A stretch of 64,000 nucleotides of DNA from an uncultured Planctomycetaceae bacterium (GCA_963815195.1 CAWFGE010000015.1:320001-384000), one strand, 5' to 3'; shown: positions 42,173 to 54,752, counted from the first letter of the stretch. Translations and numbers: made by a program. The notes: generated by a model not told the origin, from the letters alone.

Positions 42173-43083
42173 TTACACCGCGGACGTGGTTTCGGCGGGC
42201 GAGTGATTGCCGGCGTGGGCCGCGTCGGCCTCTTTGCAGCGCCATTTGCAGGGTCACGGTTTCGATCAAGTCGGTCGCGGATTCCTCCACTTCCAAGACG
42301 AAGCGGTTAATCACGCTGGAGAAATAATTGAAGGCGATAAACGCGGGGATGCCGACGATCAAACCGAAGCAGGTCGTTAACAAGGCGACGCTGATCCCCG
42401 CGGCGGCGGCTTCGACGATATTGGTTTCGCCCAGCTTGGCCACGATGTCGTCGAACGACACGATCATGCCCTGCACCGTGCCCAAAAAACCGAGCATGGG
42501 GGCAACGCTGGAGACGGTTGCGAGAATCGGCAGATGGCGTTCGAGGGCCGCGACGATGTGGATGCTGTAATCGTCCATCGCCTTGACGACTTGCTCCTCG
42601 ATGCGGGCCGCATCGTAATTCAGCCGCCGGAGCACGAGATACTTCCTGAGCCCGGCGCTCAAGATCGCGGGCACGGGGCCTTGTTCCCGGTCGCAGAGGG
42701 CGAGGGCCTCTTCGATTTGATCGTCGGCGAGCAGCTCGTGCACCTGCCGGCGGACGGCCGCGTTGTCGGCGGTGAGGAGTTTCAAACTGCGGTAGCGTTC
42801 GATGATCACGCCGGCGGCGATGATGCCCATGATCAAAATCGGCCACATGAAAAACCCGCCCTCGAGCAACAGCCCGATCGCGCCGGAGTGCAGAATGCCC
42901 TCCACCGGTTTGGCGGCGTCGTCTTTGGCGGCCGGCTTTTCCGCGGGCTGTTCGACGGCTGGTTCCGGCGGAGCGGCTTGGGGTTCGGGCGGGTTTCGCT
43001 TCTCCCGCGGGTTCCTGTGCCAAACCGGCGGAACATGAAAAGGCGAACGTCAATGCGAGTAAACAAACGAGTGGTTTCATCAT
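42173..43083 (-). CDS. exbB: MotA/TolQ/ExbB proton channel protein with N-terminal signal-like extension (frameshifts at ~42985 and ~42232)
   Basis: GGFFMWPI, APMLGFLGTVQGMI, GISVALLTTCFGLIVGIPA. Confidence 0.88.
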
Positions 43084-43144
43084 TAATCGGTTGGGCTATA
43101 TTGCGATAATCGGGGTGCGCGAGTTTCAATCAACCGGGGCGGAC

Positions 43145-43245
43145 CACCCTGCGGGCGGTGCCCCCCTGCGGGCGGGGTGGGCGACCCCCTGCGGGCGGTG
43201 CCCCCCTGCGGGCGGTGCCCCCCTGCGGGCGGTGCCCCCCTGCGG
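43145..43245. repeat. Tandem ~17-bp GC-rich repeat (CCCCCCTGCGGGCGGTG), about six copies
   Basis: Directly visible in the intergenic sequence. Confidence 0.85.
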
Positions 43246-43252
43246 CTGATCC

Positions 43253-46200
43253 TTAGTTGTCATTATCGAGGCTGTTCACCTCGGCTTCGAATTGTTGGAG
43301 CATTTCCGGAAGGGCCAGGCGGCCGCGGGCGTATTTGGCCGCTTCGCTGGCGGGGAAGTCCCAGCGGCAGCGGTTGTAGCGCTGGAACGCCAGGCGGTTG
43401 TTTTTCGCCATGCGGAAACTCTCGCCGGACCAGAACAAGGCGTCCGAACACAGTTCATCGTCCGGGAACCTTTTGGCGAAGCGGTCGAACGCGTCCCCGG
43501 CTAGGGCATAAGTCTTGTCCTTGTAAAAACATTGCCCGATGCGGAACGCGATCCGCGCAGGCGTATTTGTGGCTCTCGAATTTCTCCAAGAACTTCTCGC
43601 CCACCTGGGCCGCGACTTTGAAGTTTTCCTTTTTGTAGAAGTGGTCGCAGATGCGGATCATCACGCTGGCGATCAAGCGGGCTTCGCGGGATAAGTCGCC
43701 GCGAGCGTGACGTAGGCTTCCAAGGCCTGGTCGAAGTCGCCCGCTTCTTCATAGCTTTGGGCCAGCTTGTATTGGGCGTCGGGAGCGAGCGAGTGTTCGG
43801 GATAGCGGCGGATGATGATTCGTAAGAATCGATCGCCTCGTCCCATTGCCCGAGTTCCTGGGCGAACTGTCCCAACAGATACGCCACGCGCGGCGCATAT
43901 TTGGGGCTGGGATAGTCTTCCATCACTTCGCGAAGAATCCGCCGGCCCGCTTCCAGGTCGGCTTTTTCTTCTTCGGATCGGCCCAGCGTCTTATGGCTTT
44001 TGAACAGCTCGAAATAGCTCTCGGCGATGTGGAATTTGGTTTCCACCGCGAGCGTTTCATCGTTGAAGGTCTTGCTGAACGCCGTCACCAGCCCGTCGGT
44101 GCCGATGACCACGGGAATATCCTGCAGGATCGTCAGATTCGCCGGTCTCGGTGCCCGCGGCGGGGTCGGCGTATTTCACATGCAGCGTATCGCCGAAGTA
44201 GCATTCGATGGCAGGCTCCGCCGGGTCGAATTGTTGGGCTTGGGCTCTGCGTTGGATTTCAAAGTCAGCGATCCGGAAAACTGCCCGCTGTGGGCGAGCG
44301 TTTCCTCGAGTTTGACGGATTCCTTTTCACCGAATTCGGAGGTGATTTCCACGGTCACGGTGTCGCGGTCGTCGGTGCGGTCTTGGTCGGCATCGGCCAC
44401 AAGCAGAAACAACTTCTCGCCGACGTGCACGCGTTCGATCTTGTTGTCGTAATTGCGATCGGTGCACGCGAGGACGCCGTTGGTCACCAACCGGCCCGTG
44501 GAAGTCAGATTTGTCGCCGGCCCGCTGCTGCGGAGCTTGTCGGCATAAGTCGCCGTGACCACGTCCTTGCCGGCGATGATTCAAGACCCGCGTGACGAGG
44601 TTGCGGTTCAACGGCGGAGGCGGTGTTTTTTTCCTCGGCGTCGGGATCGAACGGTTCGCCGAGAGGTTCCGGGGCATGTCGATCGTGACGGGCACCAAGG
44701 AGGTGCTGTTTTTGCTGCCGAGCTGCATGACGACCTGCCCCATGAACCGCCCTTCGGCGAGAGCCCAATTCTGAACGCCCGCGGGGGCCGGGTTCTGCGA
44801 GAAGGCCGGCGAAATGTCGCATCGCACCGCGACGTCGGCCCCATCGGTGGTTTTGAGGTTCACCGTGACGGAACTGCGGCGTCCTTGGCGGCGTCGGGGT
44901 CGATGACTTCCATGGTCAACGGGGCTTCAAACGCCACGCTGGCTCTGCTTTGCGGTTTCATCATTCGGCAGATACACGGTGCGAGCGGGGGTTTTGGTCT
45001 CGGGGTCGGCGGGGATTGTGCGGGTCTCCAGAATCCGCACCCGCCCGTCGGCCGGCTGGTTGACATACACGACGGCTTCACGGGCCACCGCATGGCCGGG
45101 GAAGGTGTTCTGCAGATCGAGATACCGCAGGAACACCTGGTCGCCCTTTCGCACGGTCAGCTTGCCTTCTTCCTGGCCGGGGGTGGTGTCGATTTCCTTG
45201 GTGAAGGTGCCGGAGTAGTTGTCGTTCTCGGTCGCTTCCAGGAAGACCGGTTCGCCGTCGTTGACGATGACTTCAAACGGGACCGTGTCCGGCTTGTTGG
45301 ATTGATCGCGGTCGTAGTCCACGATCTCGACGATGATCCGCTCGCCGGGATCGATCCGCATGAGTTCCTTGCGGGTCCGGTTAACGCCCCCGCCAGAGAG
45401 CCGCTCGAAGTCGTACGCGATCGGCGAGACGACGGCGTTGTAATAGGTCGCGGTGAGTTCGCGGGTGAGCAGCCGGCTGGCTCCGCTTTGCAGTTGGGTG
45501 AACTCGTCGGTGTAGGTCGCTTCGACCATGTCGCCGCCGGCGATTTCGAGGGTGGTGTTGTTGGCGAGCGAGAGCACATCCGCCTTAGTGGGGATGTAGA
45601 ACAGCCCGGGTTCGGTGCCGCCGATCTCGACGTTGTTGACCGCGACCGCTTCGCCCAAGTACTCATCGATCACAAAGCGAACATACCGCAGATCGTGCGG
45701 GGCGAAGGTAAAGTTCCATTCGGTTTCGCTGAGTTCCGCCTGGGCCGGTTCGCGGGCGATCGCGGGCTTCGCGGTGGGGGCGGTCAGGTCGAAGTCGGAT
45801 TTCTGGAAGGGAATCAGATTGACTTGGGCCGAGTTGTGATCCGCGCGGGCGATGCGGGCCGAGACAGTCTGATTGGCCGCGGACGTGGCGGCGAAGATCG
45901 TCAAATCGTGCGTGCCCTGGTCGAGCCAAACATCGGCCGTGCGGTTGCCCGGTCCGACGTTCAATTGCAGGATGCCGTCGATCGCGAGCGCCGTCGTGGT
46001 GGCCGAGATCGAAATCCGCGCGGCCCCCGGGCGAGGCTGCACCAGCTTGCCGAACCACACCGCGGCGAACGGCGTCTTTTCGTTTTTCTGCTCGGTCTCG
46101 TTGTCCTCGGCGGCCGGCTCGGGCAGCGTGTAGGAGAGTTCGCTCGCCGGGCTCTCGGCGTCGGGTTGGCTGTTTTTGACGAGGTTGACGACCTGGTCCC

Positions 46201-49200
46201 AATTGGAAAACCGCCAGCGGTTGCCGCGGTAGATCCGCTGGGTCATCCGCCCGTAGTCTTCCGCCACGGGCTCGGCTTTAGGCAAGGGCGGATTGCTCGC
46301 GAGCGGGAACCAGAACCGGCCGTCGTCGCTGCCCAACAGCTGCCCGCGGACAAACGCCCGCCGATCGGGTTCCGGCGTGGACAACTTGATCCGCGCAACT
46401 CGCTTGAGGTCTTTCATGTCGATGGTGAGCGACTTGGGCGTGGCCCCGTCGGGCTCGCAGAGCCAAAAGGTCGTTTTGTCCTGATCGATCGCCATCAGCG
46501 GGCTGTGCTCGATCGCGGTGTCGCTGGCAAGGGCTCCCGCCGGCAGTTCGCCGGTCTGGGCCGTGCCTTCGAACACGCCGGTGTGGGTCCCCGTCTCGGT
46601 GAGCTTGACCTGCACCTGGTCGCCGCTTTCGGCCGCGAGCTTGACGATGACTTCATCCGCCTTCGGGCCCAGGTCGCGGTCGGCATCTTTCACGCGGAGG
46701 TAGACGAGGTTCCCCGGCTTGATCTGGTTGGCCGGGCGGAACTGCGACACCCGCTGGTCCTCATCCTCGGCATTGGCTTCGTTCTGCAATTGCGTGGTGA
46801 TGGTCTGCTCTTTCGCGTCCACAATCAGGCTGCTCGAAATCTCAAACTCGCCGTCCGAGGCGATGCGGATATCCACATCCGAAAGCGGCACGCGGTGGAA
46901 CTCTTTTTTGAAGTCGTCGGGGTAATCGCATTTGATCGTCTCCCGCCCCGTGAGCTGCAAGACCCCGTCGCGCGGCACGACATCGCCCAGGCGGGTATCC
47001 AAATCGGCCCGGAACAAGCCTTTGCCCGCGCCGCCGCTGGTGAGTTTGACTTCTTCCACATCGCCGCCGGGCAGCGTGGTGACGATCACGCGGATCTCGC
47101 TGCGGCCGCGGCTGATGCCCAGGTCGCTGTCTTGCACGACGATCGAGAGCGCCTGCCCCGGGCTATGCCAGCGTTTGCTCCGCCGGCCCAATCGGCCCAC
47201 GGTCCGGAGCAGATTCAACTGATCGATATAGCGTTCCTCGTCGCCGAAGACTTCCGCGAGATTAAACAGCGCCCGGTTCGCAAGTTCGATGTCGGGCACG
47301 CGCTCGAGAACGCCGCGGAAGATGTCGCGGGCTTCGTCGCGGTCGCCCCGGCGATGGGCGAGGACGCCCCGCAGAAACTCCGCCCGCACGACGACGTTCG
47401 CGTCCCGGCTGCCCGCGAGCTTCTCGAACACGACCTCCGCCTGGTCGAAGACTTTTTGCTCCATCAACGTTTCGCCGATGCCGAACTCCGCTTCGAGGGC
47501 CTGCGGCGTTTCGGGATAGCGGTTGAGGACCGTGGTGAACTCGCTGCGGGCCACATCGTACCTTTGGGCCTTCGCGAAGTTCCGCGCGAGGAGCAGTTGC
47601 ACCTTGGCTTTCGTTTTGTCGTCATACTGCTTGGCTTCGCTGTGCTTGATGATCCACGCCCGCAGGATGTCTTCCACGCGCTCGAAGTTCTCGTCCCCGC
47701 CCGCGGCCATGTGGCTTTCGCAAATGAACAACAAGAGATCGACCGGCACTTCCTCGCGGTGCTCGTCGAACAGCTTCTTGTTCTGAAGATAGGTTTCGTA
47801 AGCGATTCGCTTATCGCCCAACCGCAAATAGAGCGCGGCCTGGAGCAGCGGGGCGATCTCGCTTTCGCTGTCGATCGTCAAACCCACCGCTCCCATGCGG
47901 GAATAACTCTGGGCGACCATCTGCCGGCCCGTTTGCTTGCGGCTTGGATCGGCGCCGGGAATGTTTTCGAGCATCCCCGAGAGCAGCGTGGCCGCGACGA
48001 GATAGTCGTCCCGGCTGAGGGCCGCATCGACATACGGCCGAATCCGGTCCCAATCGTAAGAGCCGTCGTCCACCATACAGGTCGCCGTCTGATAGGCGAT
48101 CAACCGCTCGACGGGCGGGCGTTTGTCCGCGGGCTCCAATTCCAACAGCGCCAACCGCGCGGCGGCGGAAGCGCGGACGATGTCCAAATCCTCGACGACG
48201 GAGAACACCTTTTGTTTTTGCTCCGGCGTGGCGTCTTCCTTCGCGCGGATTTGATCGACCCATTGCTGCGGCGGGTACTCTTCCATGCCCCAGGTGCGGA
48301 AGGGGCGTTCGTTCTGAAGGGCCCGGCTCTTCTGGAGCGTCTGCTCGAACGCGTCCCATTGCCCGGCCGCGTAATATTCGTTGGCGAGCCACATCGCATA
48401 CGTGCCGTGGTAGTCGGTGGGCGTCTTCAAGAGGTTTTGGAGGAACGAAATTCTCGCCGGCCCTTCGAGCGGTTTTAAAAGCCGCTCGGCACAACTCCGC
48501 GCATCGTTGTGGCCGGGATCCATCTCCAAATGCGACCGCCAATAGTCGGCGGCCTCTTTTTCCATGCCGTACTTCGCCAGCACATCGCCGATGTAATACG
48601 CATAGCCCAACTGCCGGCTGTGCTTTTGCTCGGCCTTTTGGATCCAGGCGAGGGCCTTCTTCGCGAGGTCGGCGTTTTTCTCTTCTTCCTTCGTGAAGTC
48701 CGCCGTGAGCATCACCCGCCGGAGCAAATCGTAATAGGCGGTGGGCGGATCGAATTTCATCAAATGCAATGCCGCTTCCTGGGCGAGTTCCTTGGGGCCG
48801 TAATCGGTCGCGGCTTGGAGGTAATCGAGCGCGGCCTGCTCATCCTGCGGGAAGCGCTTGATCATGCGGGCATAGATCGCGGACGTCTGCGACCGCTGAT
48901 TGCCCGGCCCATAGTGCCGATAGTAATAAGCCTGCGAAGACAGCAGCTGCCGGGCCGCGTCGTCGCTGAGCCCGTTGAACGTCGCCGGTTGCAAAAGTCG
49001 TTCTCGCGACTGGGCGGCTTGGGCGCTCGACGTGCTCGCGGAAGCGGCGGCCCAGTCCTGGAAGTATTGGTCGGCGTCTTGTTTGTCGGCGGCGGCTTTG
49101 GCGAAATCGGCATGGGCTTTGAGGTTCTTGTCCCGCCGGGCCGACTTGGCCCACGCCTCGAGCATGTTGCGGAAACTGGAGAGATGAATGTAGTCCCGCC

Positions 49201-50593
49201 GGGCTTTGAGGATCGCCGCGACATCCGCCTGGAACTCCGGCTCGGTCTGGGCGTTCGACAACAGCCAGCTCACCGCGTTCTGCGTGTAGCCGTCGTTCGT
49301 GGGCGACTTGGTGATGAGTTCCAACAGCGTCTGCCGGGTCTTGGCGGGGTCTTTCATGCGGTCCCGCTGGACTTCAAACGCCAGCACATAACGCAGGTAG
49401 TTCGCGTCTTCCGGCAGCTTGGCCTGGCCGACGGCGGCTTTCAGAGTTTGCTCGATGCCGGGATAGGTTTTCTCATCGGTGGCGCTCAGGCGGACCCACT
49501 GCGACGCGTTACTGTTCTCGCGCGGAGCCGTCGGCAAGAGGGCCTTGAGTTGATTGAGTCCGCTGGCTTTCTCGCCGGCGTTTTCGCTTCGCAGAGAGAC
49601 CCACGCCAGGTGACTTTGAGCCGTGAAGCGGTCGTTTCGCTTGGGATACTTCTGGACATAATCCGCGACGACCGGGGCGAGTTCCGCGGGCTTGGTCGCG
49701 GTGTTCTGGTACATGGCCTGGATCAACTGCATGTGCACGTCGGGCGTGGCCCGAAGCTGATGGGCCGCACGGAAGCTGGCGACGGCGTTCGACCATTGGC
49801 CGAGGTTCCGGTAGTTCTCGCCCATGTAATAATGCAGTTGCCGCTGGCGTTCGGGATCGAGCGGGAGCTTTTTCGCGAGCATGCGGTTGCCGGTGAGGTT
49901 GCTCTTGGCCCATTCGCCGCCCCGCCGCCATTGATGAAACCCCTGCCAACTCGTCTCCGCGAGGTAAGAGCCGGCGGGCAGTTTTTCCAGAAGCAGATCG
50001 GCGAGTTCGGCGGCTTTTGTGTAGTCGGCTTTGTTGTTGAGCCCTTGATACTGCCGGATCGCGAGTTCCGCGTGCTTTTTGCCGATGTCGCTGGCGGGCT
50101 GGCGGAGAGCGATCGCGCGGTGGGCGTCGGCGGAGGCCCGGCGGTCGGGCATTTGATCGAGCGTCTTCGCGAGGCGGATTTCAATCGCCGGAACTTGCGG
50201 AGCGTTCGGGTAGCGGTCCAAGAACTGCCGGCAGGCGGCGGTCATATCGGCGTTTCGCGACGTCGCTTCCAGGCCGTCGATGTACTGGAGCATCACGGCC
50301 GCGTGCCGTTTGTCCGTGGGGTGCGAACTCACGAACCGCTGGGCGATGCGGACCAATCCGAACACCCGCCCGTGCTGATGATAGAGACCTGAGAGCTTGA
50401 CCATCACATCGGCCGCGACGGGATCGGTGTCTTTATATTTGCCGAGCTCCCCTTCCAGCCGGGATGCTTCCTGGTTGATCTGGTCCACGGCGGCTTTGGC
50501 GTTCGCCGCATCGTCCTGACCGAAAACCGGAGCGGCGAGCAGCGATAAACACAGGAGGGGGAGGAAGAAATCTTTCATGATGGGATGACTCAT
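43253..50593 (-). CDS. Giant secreted TPR protein (~2,440 aa) with Ig-like repeats and discoidin/PA14-like domains; several frameshifts in the 3' 1.7 kb
   Basis: Signal peptide FFLPLLCLSLLAAPVFG and an 1888-aa ORF. Fragments 44860-45093, 44327-44863, 44176-44562, 43501-44112, 43455-43676 and 43253-43438 continue the same motifs. Confidence 0.8.
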
Positions 50594-50630
50594 CGAAAGT
50601 TGATAAGCTGAGAAGCGATTGCTGTCGCCG

Positions 50631-50710
50631 CTTCGCGGCTTATTGGATTTTGGGGGTCCGGGTTCTGCGGGCTGACGCCCGCAGCGATCTGCTGTCGCCG
50701 CTTCGCGGCT
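50631..50710. repeat. REP-like element with two GCTGTCGCCGCTTCGCGGCT copies flanking a hairpin
   Basis: Direct repeats at ~50621 and ~50691; CTGCGGGC-TGAC-GCCCGCAG hairpin. A related element lies at ~57250-57325. Confidence 0.65.
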
Positions 50711-50712
50711 AT

Positions 50713-53118
50713 TTAATTGCCCGCCTTCGCCAGCGCGTCGGAGATTTTCTTGGCGTCCGGGGCGAGGGGGCTTTCGGGGTAGTCGGCGATGAGCTGGTCG
50801 AACCGCAGCCGGGCCTGGTCCCGGCGGTTCATGCGGTACAGGCAGCGGCCGTAGTTGAACAAAATCACGTCCAGGAATTTCGCGTCAGGATGATTGGCGA
50901 GCACGGTTTCAAACGTGTCGATGGCCCGGCTGAAGTCTTTCTGCTGGTAGTAATAGTTTGCCATCTTCGCGACCGCTTCGCCGACGCGGCCACTTTCGGG
51001 GAACTGCTCGTAGACTTTTTGATATTCCTGAAACGCCCGGTCGTAAAGCTGCGAGGAATTGTTGGCCGGGGCATCGACGGCCATTTGCTCGTAGCATTGG
51101 GCGATGCCGAACTGGGCTTCGCCGCGAAGTTGGCTGTCCTTCATGTTGACGAGCCGGGTATAAATGCCAATGGCCCGGCGGAGGTTGTTCTGTTTCCGCG
51201 CGACGTCGGCCAACTGCAACAGGGCATCGTCCACGAAGCCGCTGTTGGGGAACTCGCGCTCGAGCCGCTCGGCCATCGCCGCGGCGAGTTCCAGGCGGTC
51301 CATCTGGAAATAGATCTGCCAAAGCTGCACGTAAGATTGCTCGAGCAGCGTCCCGCCCAAGGCCCGCGCGTCCCGCATCACATCTTCGCAGATGGAGAGG
51401 GCCTGCCGATACTTGGCGTCGGCGTTGTCTTTGAGGCCGAACTCTTTGTAGCGGTTGCCGATGTTGGTGAGGGCGTTCGCACTTTTGAGGGCGGTCTGGA
51501 TTCGCAGTTCCTGGTCGTTGATCACCGCCCGCGTCACGCGGACGTTGCTGAGGTCGCCTTCGATCGCGCGGGCCTCGGCCTGAGCCTGTCGCACGCCTTC
51601 GCCGGTATTCTTCTCATCGAGATAGGTCACGCGGATCACATCCCCGGACACGGCTTGCAGCATGTCATCATTCGCCACGGCAGTTTCCAATTTCGCCAAC
51701 GGCACGCTCGCGCGGAACACGCCGGTGTGGACTGAATCGTCCTTCGACTGGGCGGCGGGCGGGTCGGACTTCTTTGAAGACTCGGCCTCTCCGCCCGGTT
51801 TGGATTTCGCTTCGCTGTTATTGGGATTGCCAGCTTCGGTTGCTTCTGCTTTCGGTTCGGCTTTGTCTGCTCGAGGGCCAACCGCGGCGTCTTCCAAACC
51901 AAAGCGGCGTTCCTGGATTTGGGCTTCCGTGAGCACGACTTCCACGCGGTCCACGAGCTTGAATTTGTCCTGCTCGGTTTTTTCCGCCGCGGCTTCTTCG
52001 GCCGTTTTTGGCGTTTCGCCTTCCTTGACCGCGGCATCGACCAGCTCGGCTTGGAGTTCCGCTTCGGTTTTGCGGCGGTAGACTTCCACGACGGCTTTGA
52101 TCACGTCGGCTTTGGGGGTCAAATCGCGGTCGGGATCGGTGATCTGAATGTTGACGACTTTCCCCAACACCGCCCCGCCGATGGCTTCGCTGTAGGCTCC
52201 ATCCGTCACCGCGGCGAGGGCGTCACCCACCACGGTCGCGTCGAAACTCACCGGCTGATCGAACTTGCGGTCCGCGGTGTGCTTGTCGATATACGTGACT
52301 TTGACCTTGTCGTCGCCTTTGACTTCGAGCGTGCCGTTGTAGGACGCGGGCGTTCCCAGCCGGGTGACGATGCTCCCGAGCACGATCCGCACGTTCCGGC
52401 CGACGGGATAACATTTGACGGTCTCGGTGTCGCCGCTGGTGGTTTCGCATTGGACCTCGACGGCTTCGCCCGGCTCCAGGACGGCGAGGTCGGCGTCTTC
52501 GATCTTGACGAAGAAGCGTTTGCCGGCTTCGATCTTGTCGACGCGGCTGTCGTCGGCCGAGAGGGTGGTGCCGACTTTCTCCAAAGCCGCGATGGCCCGG
52601 CTGTAGTGCCCCAACTGAAAATGCCCCAGGCCGATGTAATAGTAGGCTTCGTTGACGTGTTTTGAGACGGGAAACTTCTCGATCACGTCCCGCATCACCT
52701 GGAAGCATTTGCCGTAGTTGTGGGCGTGATAGAAACAGGTGCCGATTTTGAGCGTGGCCTGGGCCCTTTGGTCTTCGTCGCGGTTCTCTTCCGAAGCGAT
52801 GGCTTCGAACTGGGCGCGGGCCCGGTCGTAAGCCCGCTCGCGGTCCAGAAAATAATTCCCCAGCCGCATGTGCGCTTCAAAGCGGACCCGGCTGCGGGGA
52901 TAGCGCTCGATGACCGACTGCCAGATCTCGACGGCCTTTTTGGTTTCCTCGGCTTCGATGCGGGCATCGCCGGCTTCGATCAGTTTTTTCGCCGCCCGGT
53001 CTTCCACCAGCGATCCGCGAAGCGGAGCCGGGGCCGGGGAATCCTGTGCGAAAGTTCGAGAGCCCACAGCAGCCAGGGGAAGGATGACAGCGGCGGCGAT
53101 CAGAAAGGATTTGCGCAT
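50713..53118 (-). CDS. Secreted TPR protein with central Ig-like repeats
   Basis: Start MRKSFLIAAAVILPLAAVG; N- and C-terminal TPRs; central EDADL/DPDRD...TGVF...GDVIRVTYLD motifs. Confidence 0.85.
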   Translation of the reverse strand: MRKSFLIAAAVILPLAAVGSRTFAQDSPAPAPLRGSLVEDRAAKKLIEAGDARIEAEETKKAVEIWQSVIERYPRSRVRFEAHMRLGNYFLDRERAYDRARAQFEAIASEENRDEDQRAQATLKIGTCFYHAHNYGKCFQVMRDVIEKFPVSKHVNEAYYYIGLGHFQLGHYSRAIAALEKVGTTLSADDSRVDKIEAGKRFFVKIEDADLAVLEPGEAVEVQCETTSGDTETVKCYPVGRNVRIVLGSIVTRLGTPASYNGTLEVKGDDKVKVTYIDKHTADRKFDQPVSFDATVVGDALAAVTDGAYSEAIGGAVLGKVVNIQITDPDRDLTPKADVIKAVVEVYRRKTEAELQAELVDAAVKEGETPKTAEEAAAEKTEQDKFKLVDRVEVVLTEAQIQERRFGLEDAAVGPRADKAEPKAEATEAGNPNNSEAKSKPGGEAESSKKSDPPAAQSKDDSVHTGVFRASVPLAKLETAVANDDMLQAVSGDVIRVTYLDEKNTGEGVRQAQAEARAIEGDLSNVRVTRAVINDQELRIQTALKSANALTNIGNRYKEFGLKDNADAKYRQALSICEDVMRDARALGGTLLEQSYVQLWQIYFQMDRLELAAAMAERLEREFPNSGFVDDALLQLADVARKQNNLRRAIGIYTRLVNMKDSQLRGEAQFGIAQCYEQMAVDAPANNSSQLYDRAFQEYQKVYEQFPESGRVGEAVAKMANYYYQQKDFSRAIDTFETVLANHPDAKFLDVILFNYGRCLYRMNRRDQARLRFDQLIADYPESPLAPDAKKISDALAKAGN

Positions 53119-53197
53119 GAAAGAGTTGTCACAAAGGAAGGCACCAAACGGGGCCGCATCCTGCGAGTGTTCCAAGCGCATCCTGACGCTGTTTTCT

Positions 53198-53260
53198 GTA
53201 GGGTCCGCTGTGCGGACCAAAAATAACGATTCCCATCGAACAAATGGTCCGCACAGCTAT
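53198..53260. repeat. REP-like palindrome GTAGGGTCCGCTGTGCGGACC with an inverted partial copy
   Basis: GTAG-led hairpin; TGGTCCGCACAGC at ~53245. Confidence 0.6.
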
Positions 53261-53326
53261 CTTTTCTAATCAATAGGCCGGGGTGGATGCTATTGATCGA
53301 CCCCGGCCTGGGAAATCTTTTCAATC

Positions 53327-54589
53327 TTAGGAGAACAACTCCGCGATCGGCTTGCCGTTGTCCACGAGTTTCATCGGCCGTTGCAGCGGCGTGAGGACTT
53401 CGGTGTTGGGATCGATGCCCAGGGCCCGGCAGAGGGTGGCGTGGATGTCGGGCACCTTGACGGGGCGGTCTTTCGGTTGATAGCCGTCTTTGTCGGACGA
53501 GCCGACGACCTGGCCGCCTTGGATCCCGCCGCCCGCCAGGAAGCAACTGAAGCAGTTCGCCCAGTGGTCGCGGCCGGCGTTCATGTTGACTTTGGGGGTC
53601 CGGCCGAACTCGCTGATCATCACGATCAAGGTTTTTTCGAGGAGGCCCGACTCGGCGAGGTCTTCGACGAGGGCCGCGAGCGCGGGGTCCATGACGTCGC
53701 CGTGGGCCTGGAGAGCCGGGAAGTTGTTGCTGTGGGTATCGAACCCGCCGCGGTTGACCTGCACAAACCTGACGCCGGTTTCGACCAGCCGTTTCGCGAG
53801 AAGCGCCCCGCGGCCGAAGGTCGTGTCGCCGTAGCGGTTGATGGTCGTCGTGGGCACGGTGTCGAGTTCGAAGGCCTTGAGGGCCGGGCTCCGCATGAGC
53901 TCGACAGCGTCTTTCGTGGCGGTCTGGGTGTTTTTGAGCTTCGGCCCGCCTTTGCCCTGGTTGAACTTCTGATTGTACTTGGCGAGCACTTCCAACCGCC
54001 GATCGCCGCGGACTTTGGCGATGCCTTCGGGAAATGACAGATAAGGATCCTGCTCGCCGGGCGCGGGCACATAGTAGGCTTCGCACTCTTGCCCTAAATA
54101 AGAAGCCGTGCGAGCGCGGCCGCTCAAGGAAATGTACGCGGGCAAATCACCGAGGCGGTCGAGTTGATGGGCCACGACCGAGCCGATGCCCGGATGCACG
54201 AGGTTCCCCGCCTGGGTGTAGCTGGTCTGGAGATTATAAGTCGCCGGTCCGTGGGCTCCCTGGGTGCCGGCGATGGAGCGAATGAGCGCGGCGTGGTGCA
54301 TCTGTTGGGAGAGCATCGGGAAGATTTCGGAAATCTGCACGCCGTTGGCGGAGGTGTCGATTGGCGAAAACTCGCCCTGCGTGGGCCGGCCCGGTTTGGG
54401 ATCCCAGGTATCGAGGTGCGTCATCCCGCCGCCGTTCCAGAACAGGATCACATGCTCGGCCTTGGCTTTTTTGTCGCCCGTGCCCGCATAGGCGAGCAAG
54501 TGGCGGACCGGCAAACCGAGAATGGTGGCCCCGGTGGCTCCCAACAACGCACGCCGTGTGACACGGTAATCTTCGCATGAACTGAACAT
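53327..54589 (-). CDS. DUF1501 domain protein (Tat-like RR leader)
   Basis: TRRALL; GGMTHLDTWDPKP; YGDTTFGRGALLAKRLVETGVRFV; SEFGRTPKVN...GRDHW. Confidence 0.92.
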   Translation of the reverse strand: MFSSCEDYRVTRRALLGATGATILGLPVRHLLAYAGTGDKKAKAEHVILFWNGGGMTHLDTWDPKPGRPTQGEFSPIDTSANGVQISEIFPMLSQQMHHAALIRSIAGTQGAHGPATYNLQTSYTQAGNLVHPGIGSVVAHQLDRLGDLPAYISLSGRARTASYLGQECEAYYVPAPGEQDPYLSFPEGIAKVRGDRRLEVLAKYNQKFNQGKGGPKLKNTQTATKDAVELMRSPALKAFELDTVPTTTINRYGDTTFGRGALLAKRLVETGVRFVQVNRGGFDTHSNNFPALQAHGDVMDPALAALVEDLAESGLLEKTLIVMISEFGRTPKVNMNAGRDHWANCFSCFLAGGGIQGGQVVGSSDKDGYQPKDRPVKVPDIHATLCRALGIDPNTEVLTPLQRPMKLVDNGKPIAELFS

Positions 54590-54636
54590 AGATCGCTCCA
54601 TTTCGGGAAGTGAAACAAGTCACCGAGGTTTTCTGA

Positions 54637-54714
54637 GCGGTAGGCGCTAGCCTCCGGTCTCGATGAAGGGAAATCCCTCCAAATCAAAACCGGCAGCTAG
54701 CGCCGTGCCGCTCA
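54637..54714. repeat. REP-like inverted repeat
   Basis: GCGGTAGGCGCTAGC...CCGGT and ACCGG...GCTAGCGCC..GCCGC form an imperfect stem. Confidence 0.55.
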
Positions 54715-54752
54715 CTTTTGCAAAGGAATTCATTCTCAAATCGGCTGTCAGA

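Noticed and set aside
43145..43245. Possible CRISPR or iteron array
   Set aside because: 17-bp GC-rich units are mostly contiguous without spacers, and no rep or cas gene is nearby.
44555..50392. Long plus-strand ORFs (1307 aa and 627 aa)
   Set aside because: Antisense shadows of the high-GC giant TPR gene, with no recognisable motifs.
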